NCBI GenBank assembly: GCA_951406725.2
Contig: OX597825.1
Coordinates: 3,038,001 to 3,102,000, forward strand
Source of the DNA: Octopus vulgaris
Lineage: Eukaryota
DNA length: 64,000 nucleotides
Reading direction: 5' to 3'
The notes under the pieces were generated by a model. It saw only the letters and a list, made by a program, of their open reading frames with translations. It made no database searches and was not told the DNA's origin. Position numbers and translations under genes: made by a program. Below are positions 1 to 12,820 of this stretch, piece by piece (position 1 is the first letter of the stretch; each line of letters starts with the position of its first letter).

Positions 1-174
1 TTCTACGTGCCGCACTTCAATTTTATATAAAGTAATTGTTGTAAATATAAAAATTCAAGTTACATTGTGTTTATGAAAGTGTATGATTGTAGGTTTCTCT
101 GTTTATGTTTGATGTCACTGCTTCGATGTTTGATGATTTCATAATAAGAATATCTTCAGATCTTTCTATTTATT

Positions 175-540
175 TGCAGGTACATCCACTCAAAAACAAC
201 AAAATGTATGTGAATAGATTTATTTTGCATGCAATCCAAAATGGGTGACACATGTTTAACATTTCCCTTTTATATTTGCCCTTTTTATATTTTCATGTTT
301 CCATATCTTCTAATTATATAAATATTCGTATCATAATAAACTCGTATCATACGCGTATCATAACAAACTTCCTAAGTATAATATTATTTATTTTTCTGCT
401 AAAACCTTTTGAGTCACTTAAACTAGTAGGTTTGTTCTGGACGCCACCCTATTACAAATACGAGGGGTGTCCATTATATATTAGTCAAACATTAGTATAC
501 CCATTGCATTTTCCCTTTATTAATGGCTTGGCGGAGTGAA
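175..540. mobile_element. Two abutting Tc1/mariner-type terminal fragments (degenerate)
   Basis: TIR-like end TTCTGGACGCCACCCTATTA (~435-454) is followed almost immediately by TIR-like start TACGAGGGGTGTCC (459). Upstream, TGCAATCCAAAATGGGTGACACATGTT resembles a decayed transposase C-terminus (C..NG.H.E). Confidence 0.3.
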
Positions 541-1046
541 ATATAGTTAACGCATGTTAACGAACCTATCTGGTATTCGTTTAATATATGTTGCTGCCGA
601 ACCTTCCTTAAGTAATTTTGAATAGTGCGGTGAATTCTATATGAAAATTGTGAACATGCTTCATTAATCAACGGGAATTTTCTAAAAGAAGAATGCTTAA
701 GCACCACTAATGAGAACGACAAGCAAGCCATGCCATATCATTCTTAACACTTTGAATTTTAGATTTCAAAACTAAATTGAAATGAATTCTTCATGTTTTA
801 AGCAATGCATAGGATGTTTAGATAATTTCTACATTAAGTTTAGCTTTGTGTAGATTATGTTAACATTTATTGATTTTTTGCTGACATACTGGGTATACGC
901 TAAAATAAGAATTATCAACCAATAGAATATACTATTGAATTACATTTCTATTCTTAAATTCGTTCAACCAATAAAATATCTTACAATCGAATCGCGCTCA
1001 TCGTCTTCACTGTTTACATTTGTGAAGTTACGTCAATACTTTTAAA

Positions 1047-1099
<53 letters not shown>

Positions 1100-1139
1100 T
1101 AATAATAATGATAATAATAATAATAATAACAACAACCAC

Positions 1140-1225
<86 letters not shown>

Positions 1226-1245
1226 CAATAATGATAATGATAACA

Positions 1246-1340
<95 letters not shown>
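1047..1340. repeat. (AAT)n microsatellite with GAT/AAC variants
   Basis: Directly visible ~290-bp trinucleotide run; it explains the poly-I and poly-L ORFs. Confidence 0.98.
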
Positions 1341-1341
<1 letters not shown>

Positions 1342-1367
1342 TTTATTATAAATAAATAAATAAATAT

Positions 1368-1920
1368 TCTGATACAGTACCAGGCAGTGGCTCTCATGGC
1401 TTCTGATCTCAACTGATTGAAAGTGTTATAATGTACATTGTTTTGTCTCGGTATAAAAGATGGAATACAGCAAATACTCTGCTCAGTACCACAGATTTGA
1501 TTGTCAGTTGTTTCATCTTAGGCAGTTGAGCATCTCCCTTAGTGACTGATGATATGTGCATCTCTGATCACGAGCAGAAGTAGTGGGGGAGCATCATAGC
1601 CATGTGTTGATAGGAATTCTTTGGGGTTTGGATAATTCACCTTCGGAAACATGTGTGTTTCGTTCAATATTCTTAAACAACCGTTATTCTAGAACATTTT
1701 GAGCGGGATGCGCTCCCCTGCCCGAAGGAAATTCAAAATGGGCCCCATCTGCAAGGTCACGTGCTGTTTTTGTTTACATGTCGCGCAAATATGGTTGTGA
1801 TGAATGTGCCCGGTGTACCCTTATCGGACGCCTCGTCATGATGGGAATACTGCCCTTCGTATTCGTTACCCCAGTGTCACTTTGATGCATGATCTGCTCT
1901 TTCACTCAATAACAGTAATA
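1368..1920 (+). mobile_element. Interspersed repeat, probably the 3' end of a non-LTR retroelement with an AAT-type tail
   Basis: Higher-GC block starting right after (AAT)n and ending CACTCAATAACAGTAATA; no ORF. It resembles a common octopus repeat from memory; family not established. Confidence 0.45.
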
Positions 1921-2920
1921 GTAAGGTTAAGGATAATCGTAAGCAAAAAAAACAAAAAAAAACAATAATAGTATATTTAAATGAGATAATATGATTAACA
2001 TTTATTGTAAACAAACTACTTGAAGCACTGTTGCATCGAAAACGAACAAAAATAAGAATGAAAGAAAAGTAACTTTCGCATGAATATTTTGGGGTTTATT
2101 CTCATCCATTCAGTGTAAATGTTGCTTCTAATATATCTACAAATGTTTTCAACATTTCGATAGGCACTGCCGTAAAGCTATCTTGTGTCCTACAATTTTA
2201 AATAGACACAAAATTAAACTGGCATACTCTACAAGCCTAATATTGGTGAATATTTAAGGAGATTTAACTATACAAGAAATTTCAATACATCTAATATTGA
2301 AATATATTCCTATGCAAGCAGCCGCAATATTTTCAACAAAAGATCTATACGCCGATGTCCATGTTTCCAATAACAATATTACTAGCAACAGTGAAGCTGA
2401 ACTCGTTGTACTTACTAACGGTTAGGATAACTTCGCTCTATTTAATTGTTAATAAATTACTCTTTCTGCTTAGTCGTAATGCATTAATGTTTGTGCATCT
2501 GTATATATGCTCTGTGGGATGGCTTGGATTATGGGTATCTGAGGCATTCCATATTAATAAAATTAAATCAAATATTATTGATGTTCATTAGAACCAATAC
2601 ATTCTTGGTACTGTTCTTTGCAGAATAGTAAGCCCAACTATGATTCACATTCCCGATGCAAATTCATATTTGTTTTAGTTGCAGTGCGCATCGATCTACA
2701 ACTAGAATGCGTCAGCGAAAAATATAGCGACACATATTTTCGAACAAATGCTGACAAAAGTAGTCTATGTATTCCTTTCCACACAGAAACGTTCATCCCT
2801 ATTTTATATTCCCGTCTTTTAACTAACACGGAGTGTTAGCTAAACCCTAAACTTGCCAATGATTAATCCTTCCACAGCAGTCTATTCGAGCCATCAGATT
2901 ATATTCATATTCGTTACCAC

Positions 2921-3152
2921 AAATACCTATTTATTTACTACCCACAAGGGGCTAAACACAGAGGAGACAAACAAGGACAGACAAACGAATTAAATCGATT
3001 ATATCGACTCCAGTGCGTAACTGGTACTTTATTTATCAACCCCGAAAGGATGAAAGACAAAGTCGACCTCGGATAAATTTGAACTCAGAACGTAACGGCA
3101 GACAAAATACGGCTACGCATTTCGGCCGGCGTGCTAAGGATTCTGCCAGCTC
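2921..3152 (-). mobile_element. tRNA-derived SINE (family A, tail type 1)
   Basis: Minus strand reads GAGCTGGCAGAATCCTTAGCACGCCGG (A-box-like), then GTTCTGAGTTCAAATT (B-box-like), core GTCGACTTTGTCTTTCATCCTTTCGGGG, and tail GCCCCTTGTGGGTAGTAAATAAATAGG. Related copies occur elsewhere in the window. Confidence 0.85.
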
Positions 3153-3701
3153 AGGAAATTAAGTTGGTCTATTAACGACAGAATCAAAGACTATACTATG
3201 GATTGGGAATTAATTTTACCACCAAACCAGACAGACGTGAAACTAAAGAATTTTGACTTATGTTTAGAATACGTTTACCAGATTTTTACAGCCAAAGGTA
3301 ACGTAATACATTCTAGACATGAACAATATTTGAGATGTTTGCACATGAGGAAATTCACATTTGCCCTGTATAAATGAATAATAAACATTTAAGCAACAGA
3401 ATGGTTAGGAATAATTGACTATAAGTGATTATCCAATGAACACTTCAAATAGAGATTCTGTGTGTCTAACTTAACGGACAACTCTATATCATACAATACA
3501 AACTAGATAAACAAAAAAAAAATTAAACAGTTAAATCGAAGGATATTAAGTAAAGACTCTGAAGAAGCTGCACCAGTTTTATAGTAGAGTTGCCATTGCA
3601 ACGATTACTAATCGATGCTACTGAAACACGCGTATGTCTATGTAAAACTGTATATATATTAAAAGAATTAAATGTATACTGTGCAATTTCATAATATTGT
3701 T

Positions 3702-3703
3702 AT

Positions 3704-3799
<96 letters not shown>

Positions 3800-3814
3800 C
3801 TCTGTGTGTGTATG

Positions 3815-3863
<49 letters not shown>
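3702..3863. repeat. Compound (TA)n/(TG)n microsatellite
   Basis: Directly visible. Confidence 0.97.
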
Positions 3864-3880
3864 AGATACATATATTTAGA

Positions 3881-4522
3881 TACGAGGGTAAGTCAAAAAA
3901 TATCCGCCATAATATATCTTTATTATTGTAACACTGCCTTCTGCGCATGTGCATGTGTAATTCTAGTTGTTACTATTGTAGTCACATGATCAAAGTTTGA
4001 GACTGATCGCGCTATTTTTGCTTCTAGCTTTACAGTAAAAACATGGCCGCTCTACTAGTAATGTGCACGAAAGAAGAACAAAGAACAGTGATCAGCAAAG
4101 ATACAATGCTTTGTTGACCAAGAGACTGAAACCAGTAATTCGCACCGAAGCATAACGTTAAAGTAAAGTTTATCGTTGCATGACAATGCACGCCCACGCA
4201 TTGGGTTTAGAGGTGCTCGGACACCCTGACGACAGCCCAGATATCGCAACCTTCCGACTATTATATTTTTGGTCCGGAGAAAGATGGTTTACGCGGCCGT
4301 CGATTTCCTACGGATGAAGATGTGAAGGAAGCAGTGAATAAATGGTTGCGCCACCAACTGGAAACCTCCTTCTTGGAGGGAAAATGCAAGCCTGTGAACC
4401 TCTGGACCAAGTACATCGAAAAGGAAGGAGAACCTAGAAAATGAAGTGCTTTGTTGTCCCCTCCTTTTGTGTAAATACATTGAAAAAACAAGATTGCGTA
4501 TCATTTTGATTCTTTCTAGAAT
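3881..4522 (+). mobile_element. Internally deleted mariner (DD34D) element
   Basis: Left TIR TACGAGGGTAAGTCAAAAAATATCCGC and a degenerate right TIR at ~4495-4522. Decayed transposase: N-terminus MAALLVMCTKEEQRTVI, LHDNARP motif (~4177), HPxxSPDIA-like motif, then DYYIFGPEKDGLRGRRFPTDEDVKEAVNKWL. Confidence 0.88.
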
Positions 4523-4579
4523 ATATATATATACACACACACATATATGTCTGTGTGGGTTTGCGTGTGTGCGTATTAA

Positions 4580-5195
4580 CAAATAAATTTATTAACGTAT
4601 ATAAAGATAATCTCTTTCCATTTCGTTATAAGCTACTCGCTTTTAGTCTCAAGCCATTGACTAGAATTATATTCGATCTCATAGTCTGTAGCTGTTTTCT
4701 TTCAAATGACCCATTGTCACCATTTTAGTAAAAAAACGTTTTCATATTCAATAAGATTCTTATCTTGCGTTTAGATTTCTTCGCCCACACCTCTTTACAT
4801 ATTTATGTCTAATAATTTGTTTTATTCGTACAGACACACATTTACCTCCTACACACACCCTGCTGTGGACATATACGTATATACACTTACATTTCTCTAC
4901 GCACATGTATATAGACACATTTTCTTTATTGGGTTTTCAATACTTACTTCCGCTTCTGATTTCTAACCCAACGTATATCTTTCCTTATATACTTAAACAT
5001 ATGCAAGACACACGGACATAACTACACATATATCTACATACCTAGCTGTCTACCTACATACCCCTCCAACAACCTACCTATTTACCAACCTACCTAGCTA
5101 CCTACCTACCGAGCAGCTGCTGGGAATTTTTCTCCTTGTATTCGTTAGCATAAGTAAATATTCACATATGCACACTTAACTAATACTTTTCTAAT
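4580..5195 (+). repeat. Left arm of a long diverged inverted repeat (partner 7455-8012)
   Basis: Collinear reverse-complement blocks, e.g. TTTTCATATTCAATAAGATTCTTATCTT (~4739) vs AAGATAAGAATCTTATTGAATATGAAAA (~7821); AGTCTGTAGCTGTTTTCTTTCAAATGAC vs GTCATTTGAAAGAAAACGGCTACAGACT; TTATGTCTAATAAT vs ATTATTAGACATAA. Confidence 0.8.
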
Positions 5196-5572
5196 TTTCT
5201 TTTTTTGTTGCTGTATATTTCTTCATAGGGGAATATGTTAACTACTGTTTCAAGGAAATACCACAGAGTTGTCTTTTGATTATCACTGGCACATTCAAAT
5301 CATTCTAATCTTTACGCAGTCACGCTCAATATTTTCAAATCATTACATTGCCTGTGTAACCCACAAACGAAATTTGTTATCAAAAGTCGTGAACTCATTT
5401 AAAATAATTTACTTGAGACAGCAAATGTCCTTCTCCATATTATAATTATTTTAGTCGTTACAAAATGACATGCAAACAATAATATTACCTTGAAATTAAG
5501 TGTGATCAGCTTAGCTTAGATTAATGTGCCGGTCGATGTATCTCAGACGACATAGTCGTAGTCAAGGAGAGA

Positions 5573-5614
<42 letters not shown>

Positions 5615-6082
5615 TACAACAGGTAAACATCATTTTTAGGACAAGTTGGGAAGGTGAAAGAAGAGAGCGAAGTTTTAATTCCTCTTCGCTTAGCGTCCTC
5701 GGTTTCATTCCATCACTACACTTCACTCTTCCCTTTCATCTTCCCCACCTATTCTACTAAGGGCTTTATCCTGTTGTCTCCCTGTACTATTTTAAATGGA
5801 GATTTCGGATATCCTAATATAAATATTATATGGAACCCTCTATATTCTTCGAAACCCTACAATAGGATTATGCTATTCCCACAACCTGTGCTAATGTTGA
5901 TATATTCCCCACTGCCACCATTGTCACTCTCTTCTCTTCTTTCTAGATTTACATTATTCTGGACCCTATTTTCATGGTTTGGTTTTACCTTATTTGGCTT
6001 TCTGTAATTTAGCTCGTGGATATGAAACTCTAGGCTGTATGGGGTCACATTTGAGAATTCCACCATATATTTCCTAATTTAC

Positions 6083-6495
6083 CCTTTTACATCTTTCAAT
6101 AATTTGACTGCGGCCATGCTTGAGCACCGCTTTTTTGTGAAGCAAGTCGACCTCATGACTTATTCTTTGTACACCTGGTATTTATTATATCGGTATCTTT
6201 TGCCGAAACGCTAAGTTACGGGAACGTAAACACAGTAACATTGGTTGGAGGAACACAAACACATACACACTCATACAGATATATATACGACGGGCTTTCA
6301 GTTTCCATCTACCAAATCCACTCACAAGGCTTTGGTCTGCTCGAAGCTATAGTACAAGTCACTTGTGTAAGCTGTCACTTGTGTAAGCTGTCACTTGTGT
6401 AAGCTGTCACTTGTGTAAGCTGTCACGTAGTGGGACTGAACCCGGAACCATGTGGTTCGGAAGCAAGCGTCTTACCACACAGCCATTTTTGCGCC
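6083..6495 (-). mobile_element. tRNA-derived SINE (family B)
   Basis: Minus-strand head GGCGCAAAAATGGCTGTGTGGTAAG...GGTTCCGGGTTCAGTCCCACT (A/B boxes), body AAGCCTTGTGAGTGGATTTGGTAGATGGAAACTGAAAG, internal CA/TA tract, and tail AGCATGGCCGCAGTCAAA. Confidence 0.85.
6358..6426. repeat. Perfect 16-bp tandem repeat (GTCACTTGTGTAAGCT x4.3) inside the SINE
   Basis: Four identical contiguous units plus a partial unit; no spacers. Confidence 0.95.
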
Positions 6496-7454
6496 CATAA
6501 GATGTTATAATACCTGTTAAAAAATTTATAATACTTAATATATTTCGGAAAGTGTCTGTCTAATTCAAAGAAAATTGATTGACAATTTCGGATCTCCCAT
6601 CTATTTCTGAATATCGGAATGAAGTCTAGTATGTAACATCTACCTGATTTTTAAGTGGGATTATCGTAATGATATGTTCTACTTGGTTCGTTGTATTTTA
6701 TTATTTTTTTTATTGATTATTCTTCGACTTTTACCTTCAAATTTGTGCTTTGTGTTTACCTTCCCTACCTTCTACACTATTTGTATACCTATCTTCGCAA
6801 ATCTCATTTACCTGAAATCCAATTATTTGTTATCCTATTGTAGGATGAATGTTTAATTTTGTCTATATATCCAGTGCCAACTGCTTCTGCGTGGAAATAC
6901 GCTGCGTTTGAATTGAACATTTTCATTTGTTGACAGCCTCGAGAACTTATCCGATACACTATGTACAAATTATTTAATTTTTGTCTATATATTTTCAGTT
7001 TTCGTCTGTTTTGTGCAATTGTTCAAAAGATTTTGTTTAAGTTAAGTTTTACATCCAAGACATTTACTATTTTGCGATCATTTACAATTCTTATCCAAAG
7101 CTCTAACTTGTTTTAAAAAATATATACGATTCTGTTTATGTTTTTTTCCGATATCAATTACTACAATTTTGTATCAGGACAGAGTGGCATTCCCTTATAG
7201 ACCCCCGCACTAATTTAGTAAACCAGAATTCGATCTGAACAAAAATGTAAATACCGACGATATAGGTGGCCTGCGCTGAATCACTGAATCCTATCCTTAC
7301 ATGAAAGCAATCAATTCTATCAGTTATCTTCAATAGTTTTCGATTTCAATCGATTATTGTACAGTGGTCAGCTAAAAAATGCCAGTCTCCTGCCGAGGTT
7401 TGGCGAATACCTGTATATTGAATTGGCTATTGAATAGTAATTTAACGTATCTGC

Positions 7455-8012
7455 TTAGAAAATTATAGATAAATTATGCGTGTAAATTTTTTTAACATTA
7501 CAATAAAACCTCACGAAACCTTGCCTACAGGTTGTAGATAGGTAAGTATGTAGTGTTCTGTGTGTATGTATGTGTTTAGGTATGAGCATCACTCTTGCAG
7601 ATGTATTGGTGCATAAAGAGTATAAATGTTGAGTTGCACACAAAATCGGGAGTGTCTATACAATGGAGAATATGTGTGTATGCGTGTGTAATTAAACGTG
7701 TGCATATGTATATTGTGTATCAGGGTGTATATATGTGTGTGTAGGTGATTGTATGTGCGTATGTATAAATAAAACACATTATTAGACATAAGTAAGTAAG
7801 GAGGAGGCGAATAAATTTCTAAGATAAGAATCTTATTGAATATGAAAATATTTTTTATTCAAGTGGTAACAAAGTGTCATTTGAAAGAAAACGGCTACAG
7901 ACTGTAAAGATTAAAGATAATTGTCGTCCATGTCTTGCGACAAAGAGAGACAAGTTTATAATAAAATGGAAAGAGAGGAGGTTGTTTTGATATACATTGA
8001 TAAATCTATTTG
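7455..8012 (-). repeat. Right arm of the long diverged inverted repeat (partner 4580-5195)
   Basis: Reverse complement aligns collinearly with 4580-5195; strongest over 7770-8012. Confidence 0.8.
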
Positions 8013-8058
8013 CTTCACTCCTATTACTGAATTTCGTGTATTTGGTTTTTTAGTTGAC

Positions 8059-8060
<2 letters not shown>

Positions 8061-8127
<67 letters not shown>

Positions 8128-8237
8128 TTATTTTTCGTCTCTCTTTTCCTATGAATACAATTATATATCTATACATACATAAGTACATACATACATCATA
8201 CAGACTTACATACACATATACATACATACACATACGT

Positions 8238-8290
<53 letters not shown>

Positions 8291-8463
8291 TATATAATTT
8301 ATATATATATATCACATATACATATATACATAATTACATATATATATATATACACACACATCACTATATATATATATATATATATTTTAGTATGTGTATA
8401 TATATATATGTATATATATATATAATTTATATATATATATATCACATATACATATATACATAT

Positions 8464-8522
<59 letters not shown>
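8061..8522. repeat. (TA)n/(CATA)n compound microsatellite with an internal direct duplication
   Basis: Directly visible; ATAATTTATATATATATATCACATATACATATATACATA occurs at ~8294 and ~8421. Confidence 0.95.
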
Positions 8523-8525
<3 letters not shown>

Positions 8526-10542
8526 GCCTAAGAACAACAGATGGTTAGTGATTCATTCACTACATATATTTCAGTCGTGTTTCCTTATTGATGGATAGAT
8601 GTGTTACATCTTATAAAAAATAATGCTTGCATCAGGTGAATATATCACCAATTAAGGAGTTAAGGGGTAAATCATTCCATGAGAGCAAGTAGTAATAGTT
8701 CACGATTCCCCGGCCAACTTCGAACTTCAGCTCGAGAATTAATTTCCTTAGTTTGTAGTTTATAAAGGAGCTTCATGAAGGTGACTGAAACCGGGAGGAA
8801 TGTGAAATATTCTTAGAGTTGGTTGATTGATAGGGAATAGGAGATACAAATTTGATATCTCGCCCGAAGACCGAAATGATAAGGTTTTTATCATAATACC
8901 CACCAAAAGAATTTACATTTATAGATAACGTTAAACCGTGCTTATATCTTCTACACCACTACGTTGCTGTACTCTCACATGTACTTTCCTAATACCAAAA
9001 CTACATTTATTCATGATCACAGGGAATAAGGATATGCATATATAGATATGTAGCAATGTATACAATAATGTACAATCGATTATCCACACATGTTCGTGGC
9101 CGTATGCATACATATACTTACGTAATAACACGCATTTCTAATACACGTACACTCGGCATACATGACTGACACAATTATGTACGAATAAGGGATATATTTA
9201 TGTACGTATACACCCCCCCATATATATATATATATAGTATTTGTAAATTGTGTGACCTTAAGCTTATAAACTACTCGGTAAAAGCATATAATGCTAAAAA
9301 CACTGTAAGGGACTCGGGTATGCTTTCTGAAGAATGTACTTAATCTGAATTTTTTTCTCTTTGCTGGTCCTTTATTTTAAATTAGTCAATTACCTGAGCC
9401 AGAAAAGTTTTACTAGTTTTTATGTCTTAGTCTATTGGGTTCAGGATATAATTTTGGACTGTTGTCGTACTGATGAAGGATGATTGGAGCATTTATTTGA
9501 CTATGAGATTCTGATGGTCTGAGGTGGTTCACACTCATATACGCGCACTCAGATATATAGGGTGGGGTAATTTCAATAATGACTCCTAGACACGTTCCAG
9601 GAATTCGAACAGCCATATTGAACCGGCTTCTGAAAAATTTCTCGATGAAATTCTTCAGTAGATCAATGCTTGTGACTGGTCACAGTTCTTGTTGTTTGAG
9701 ATTGGGTTGGCTGCAATATTATTATTGTAATGTGTATCAGAATCTATTTCTATTCACTCAAACTCAAAACGCCATATCGATTCGTTTAATACAGAAATTT
9801 CGGGTATTAGATAGTAAGCTACGCAATTGTTGCTGATGGCTTTGCGATAGCATTGAGGTGAACTCTAGTAAACCATCTCTCGCTAATCAGAAGGCATAGA
9901 TTTCCCTGAGATCAATAATTGCGAATCAAAAAGATTAGGTTAGGTCATCACACATCATTCATTCCACTGACCGAGAATCATAGTTCTAGAATGCAATTGT
10001 TTGATCACACTAATAATGAAATCTTACGTTTGGTCTATGATAAATGAACAACCATTCACAGTCTTTAATATTTCATGTGCTGTTTAACAACATTTTTTCC
10101 TATGTCTAATTCTCGTTAAAATCTTTTCATATAAGTTGATTTCAGTGCAGAGGAAATTTGCTCCATTTTCACTTTTGAATTACAAGAATATTAACTACAT
10201 ATAGTCGTGTCAGTTTCTAGTTACAATGTGTTAACGTACCGAAAATCTTCCATTGACAATGATAAAGAAGCTTCTAGTAAAAACAAAATGATAAAAGGAA
10301 GGAAATTAATCTTGCGCTGCAAAGAAACTAGTGGTTTGTTTAAATTTGGAGTCATATGATCGCATAGAGATTTCAATAACTACTTTTACGAATTTGATAT
10401 TAGATACGCCTAAGATATTCTGTTTAACATTAATGAGGCAGATTTTGTATAGTTGAAAGACAAAGCTTACTATATATATTACAACATTGCTTAGCATTTT
10501 CTGAATGTCACGTTCCACGTCCTGCTTATCCGTTAGTTTTGA

Positions 10543-10665
<123 letters not shown>

Positions 10666-10788
10666 TTATAGGAATTGTTAATTTAATAATTAATAAATTA
10701 CCTTCTATGGAGTCATATATGTAGTGAAAAGAAATTAACAGTCCTTTGACTGATATTTCTAAATTTTCGGTATATGGTGAAGGAACAT

Positions 10789-10888
10789 NNNNNNNNNNNN
10801 NNNNNNNNNNNNNNNNNNNNNNNNNNNNNNNNNNNNNNNNNNNNNNNNNNNNNNNNNNNNNNNNNNNNNNNNNNNNNNNNNNNNNNNN
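10789..10888. other. Assembly gap (100 N)
   Basis: Run of exactly 100 N, the usual placeholder for a gap of unknown size. Confidence 0.99.
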
Positions 10889-12745
10889 CCAATTCCTCTA
10901 GGGCCCAACAGTCTTCATGTTATATTAGATAAAATACATGACCTTTAACCAACACATCAATCAGTTGATCAGTCTCTCAAAAGAAAACAAACAAGGGAAT
11001 ACACATACACACAGCGTAAAACAGAAAAACGCCAAAAGCAGACATTTTAGTTAAGCTGGATCAGACGAAGTTTCTTCATAATTTTATCACAATGTTATGT
11101 TGACTATTGTAATTCAATCTTCCAAATATCCTTTGATACAAAACACCCAAGCTATTCAAAATAATTATATATGAGTTTTTGTAATGCCTACACAGACACA
11201 AAAACGCACATTTGCATAGATTTAGGGTTAAACATACATACACACACACTCAGACACACACATATATATATAAGTACATTCGCACAAACACACATACACA
11301 TATACACACACATAAATGTGATGTACACGGTTTGGGGTAGGTCTATATGTATGTATGTATAAATCATATAACTCTGATCTCCAAAAACCATTAATACACT
11401 TATACATTAATACATTATCTCATTCTTAATTGACAGACCCCCTTTGCAATTATCTCTCTTAGAAACAATTTGAGTATTTATCCAGTTCTAGTCAAGAACT
11501 GTTATCACAAAATAGGAGTTGCAAATTATAGTTCCAAGGTATATACTATACTAGCAATAGCCATTAGTATGTTTCAGTCTGCTTCAGACTTGGCAGAAAA
11601 TAAAATAAAATAAAACAACTCCATTCGTCCTCTATATAATATACACCATTGAGAGAAAAAAAACAATAAAATGCTTGAAGAGAAAACGTACTCTTTATTG
11701 AGTCAGAATATTATTTTTTAAACCCATTAATTTTCTCTTATTTTCTCTAATTTACTTTGTGCAGCTGACCGATACTGCTACAGCCTTTCTGAAATTAGAC
11801 GAAGTAACTCTTATTTATGACTTCTCACACACGCACATAAACACACCACACGCATATTTGTGTGTGTGTGTGTGCCTAACATTTATCATCTTTATAATCG
11901 TCATCGTCATTATCAATAACGTTGTCATCGTTGAATTCATGGCGTCGTCGTCATTGTGGCGCCCCGGTGTGGCGTTGATTATGATCATTTTGATAATTTC
12001 TTTCCCTTTTTTCCTTTTCCTTCTCCACTCCTTTTCAGCCATCAATGATATTAGTGATCTTCGATATCCTGCGCTCGATCTTGTCATGATCATCCTCATA
12101 ATCATCCTCTTCATTGCTATTTCACCTAATCATCACCATTACCATTAACGACCTGGTCCACATCCTCATCATTAGCAGTAACGACGTGGTGAACATTCCA
12201 ATCATTTTCGTCATCGAATTCACAAATAAGAGAACAAAATTCTTCGCTTAAATTCCCTTATTGGCAACATAAATAGCCTAAACTCCCCTCTACTCTATTT
12301 ATTCTCTCATCAGTTCCAAAATATTCAGCCTCGATATCATCAACCTTGTTAAGAGCAGCAACGCCATTGAATAAATCCCTGCGTCGTGAGGAAATGTGCA
12401 AAAATTATTAACTAAACTGCCACAAAAACATACGACTCCACAAATATAAATATTTCCTAGAACACGTAGATCTCTACGAACAGATTGTATATAAATTGAA
12501 ATTGAGAATATCGTGACGAGAATATAGCTTATAGGGGGTGAGTATTACGTGGTCATTTCTAATGGCAAATATGAGCAAAGAAGAATAAAATGGAACTCAT
12601 GTATTTTGTTGGTTTTTAGAAAGTTACTCAGCACATCAGTATATACTACAAAGGGGGGACGCAGCGTATTATAAAGAAAATGCTACGTAAAAAGCTTTCG
12701 GGATACACACATACAAACAGACAGACACACACTCTCTCAGTTTAT

Positions 12746-12820
<75 letters not shown>

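Noticed and set aside
5654-6066. 117-aa and 69-aa ORFs inside the long inverted repeat; possible Penelope remnant
   Set aside because: No motif strong enough to assign.
6358-6426. CRISPR-like repeat array
   Set aside because: Units are contiguous without spacers, lie inside a SINE, and the context is eukaryotic with no cas genes.
11765-11803. Micro-exon candidate (polypyrimidine-CAG ... GTAACT); similar cases at ~19056-19177, ~24987-25024 and ~56509-56583
   Set aside because: Such signals are expected by chance in AT-rich DNA; the peptides are unrecognisable and no consistent exon chain emerges.
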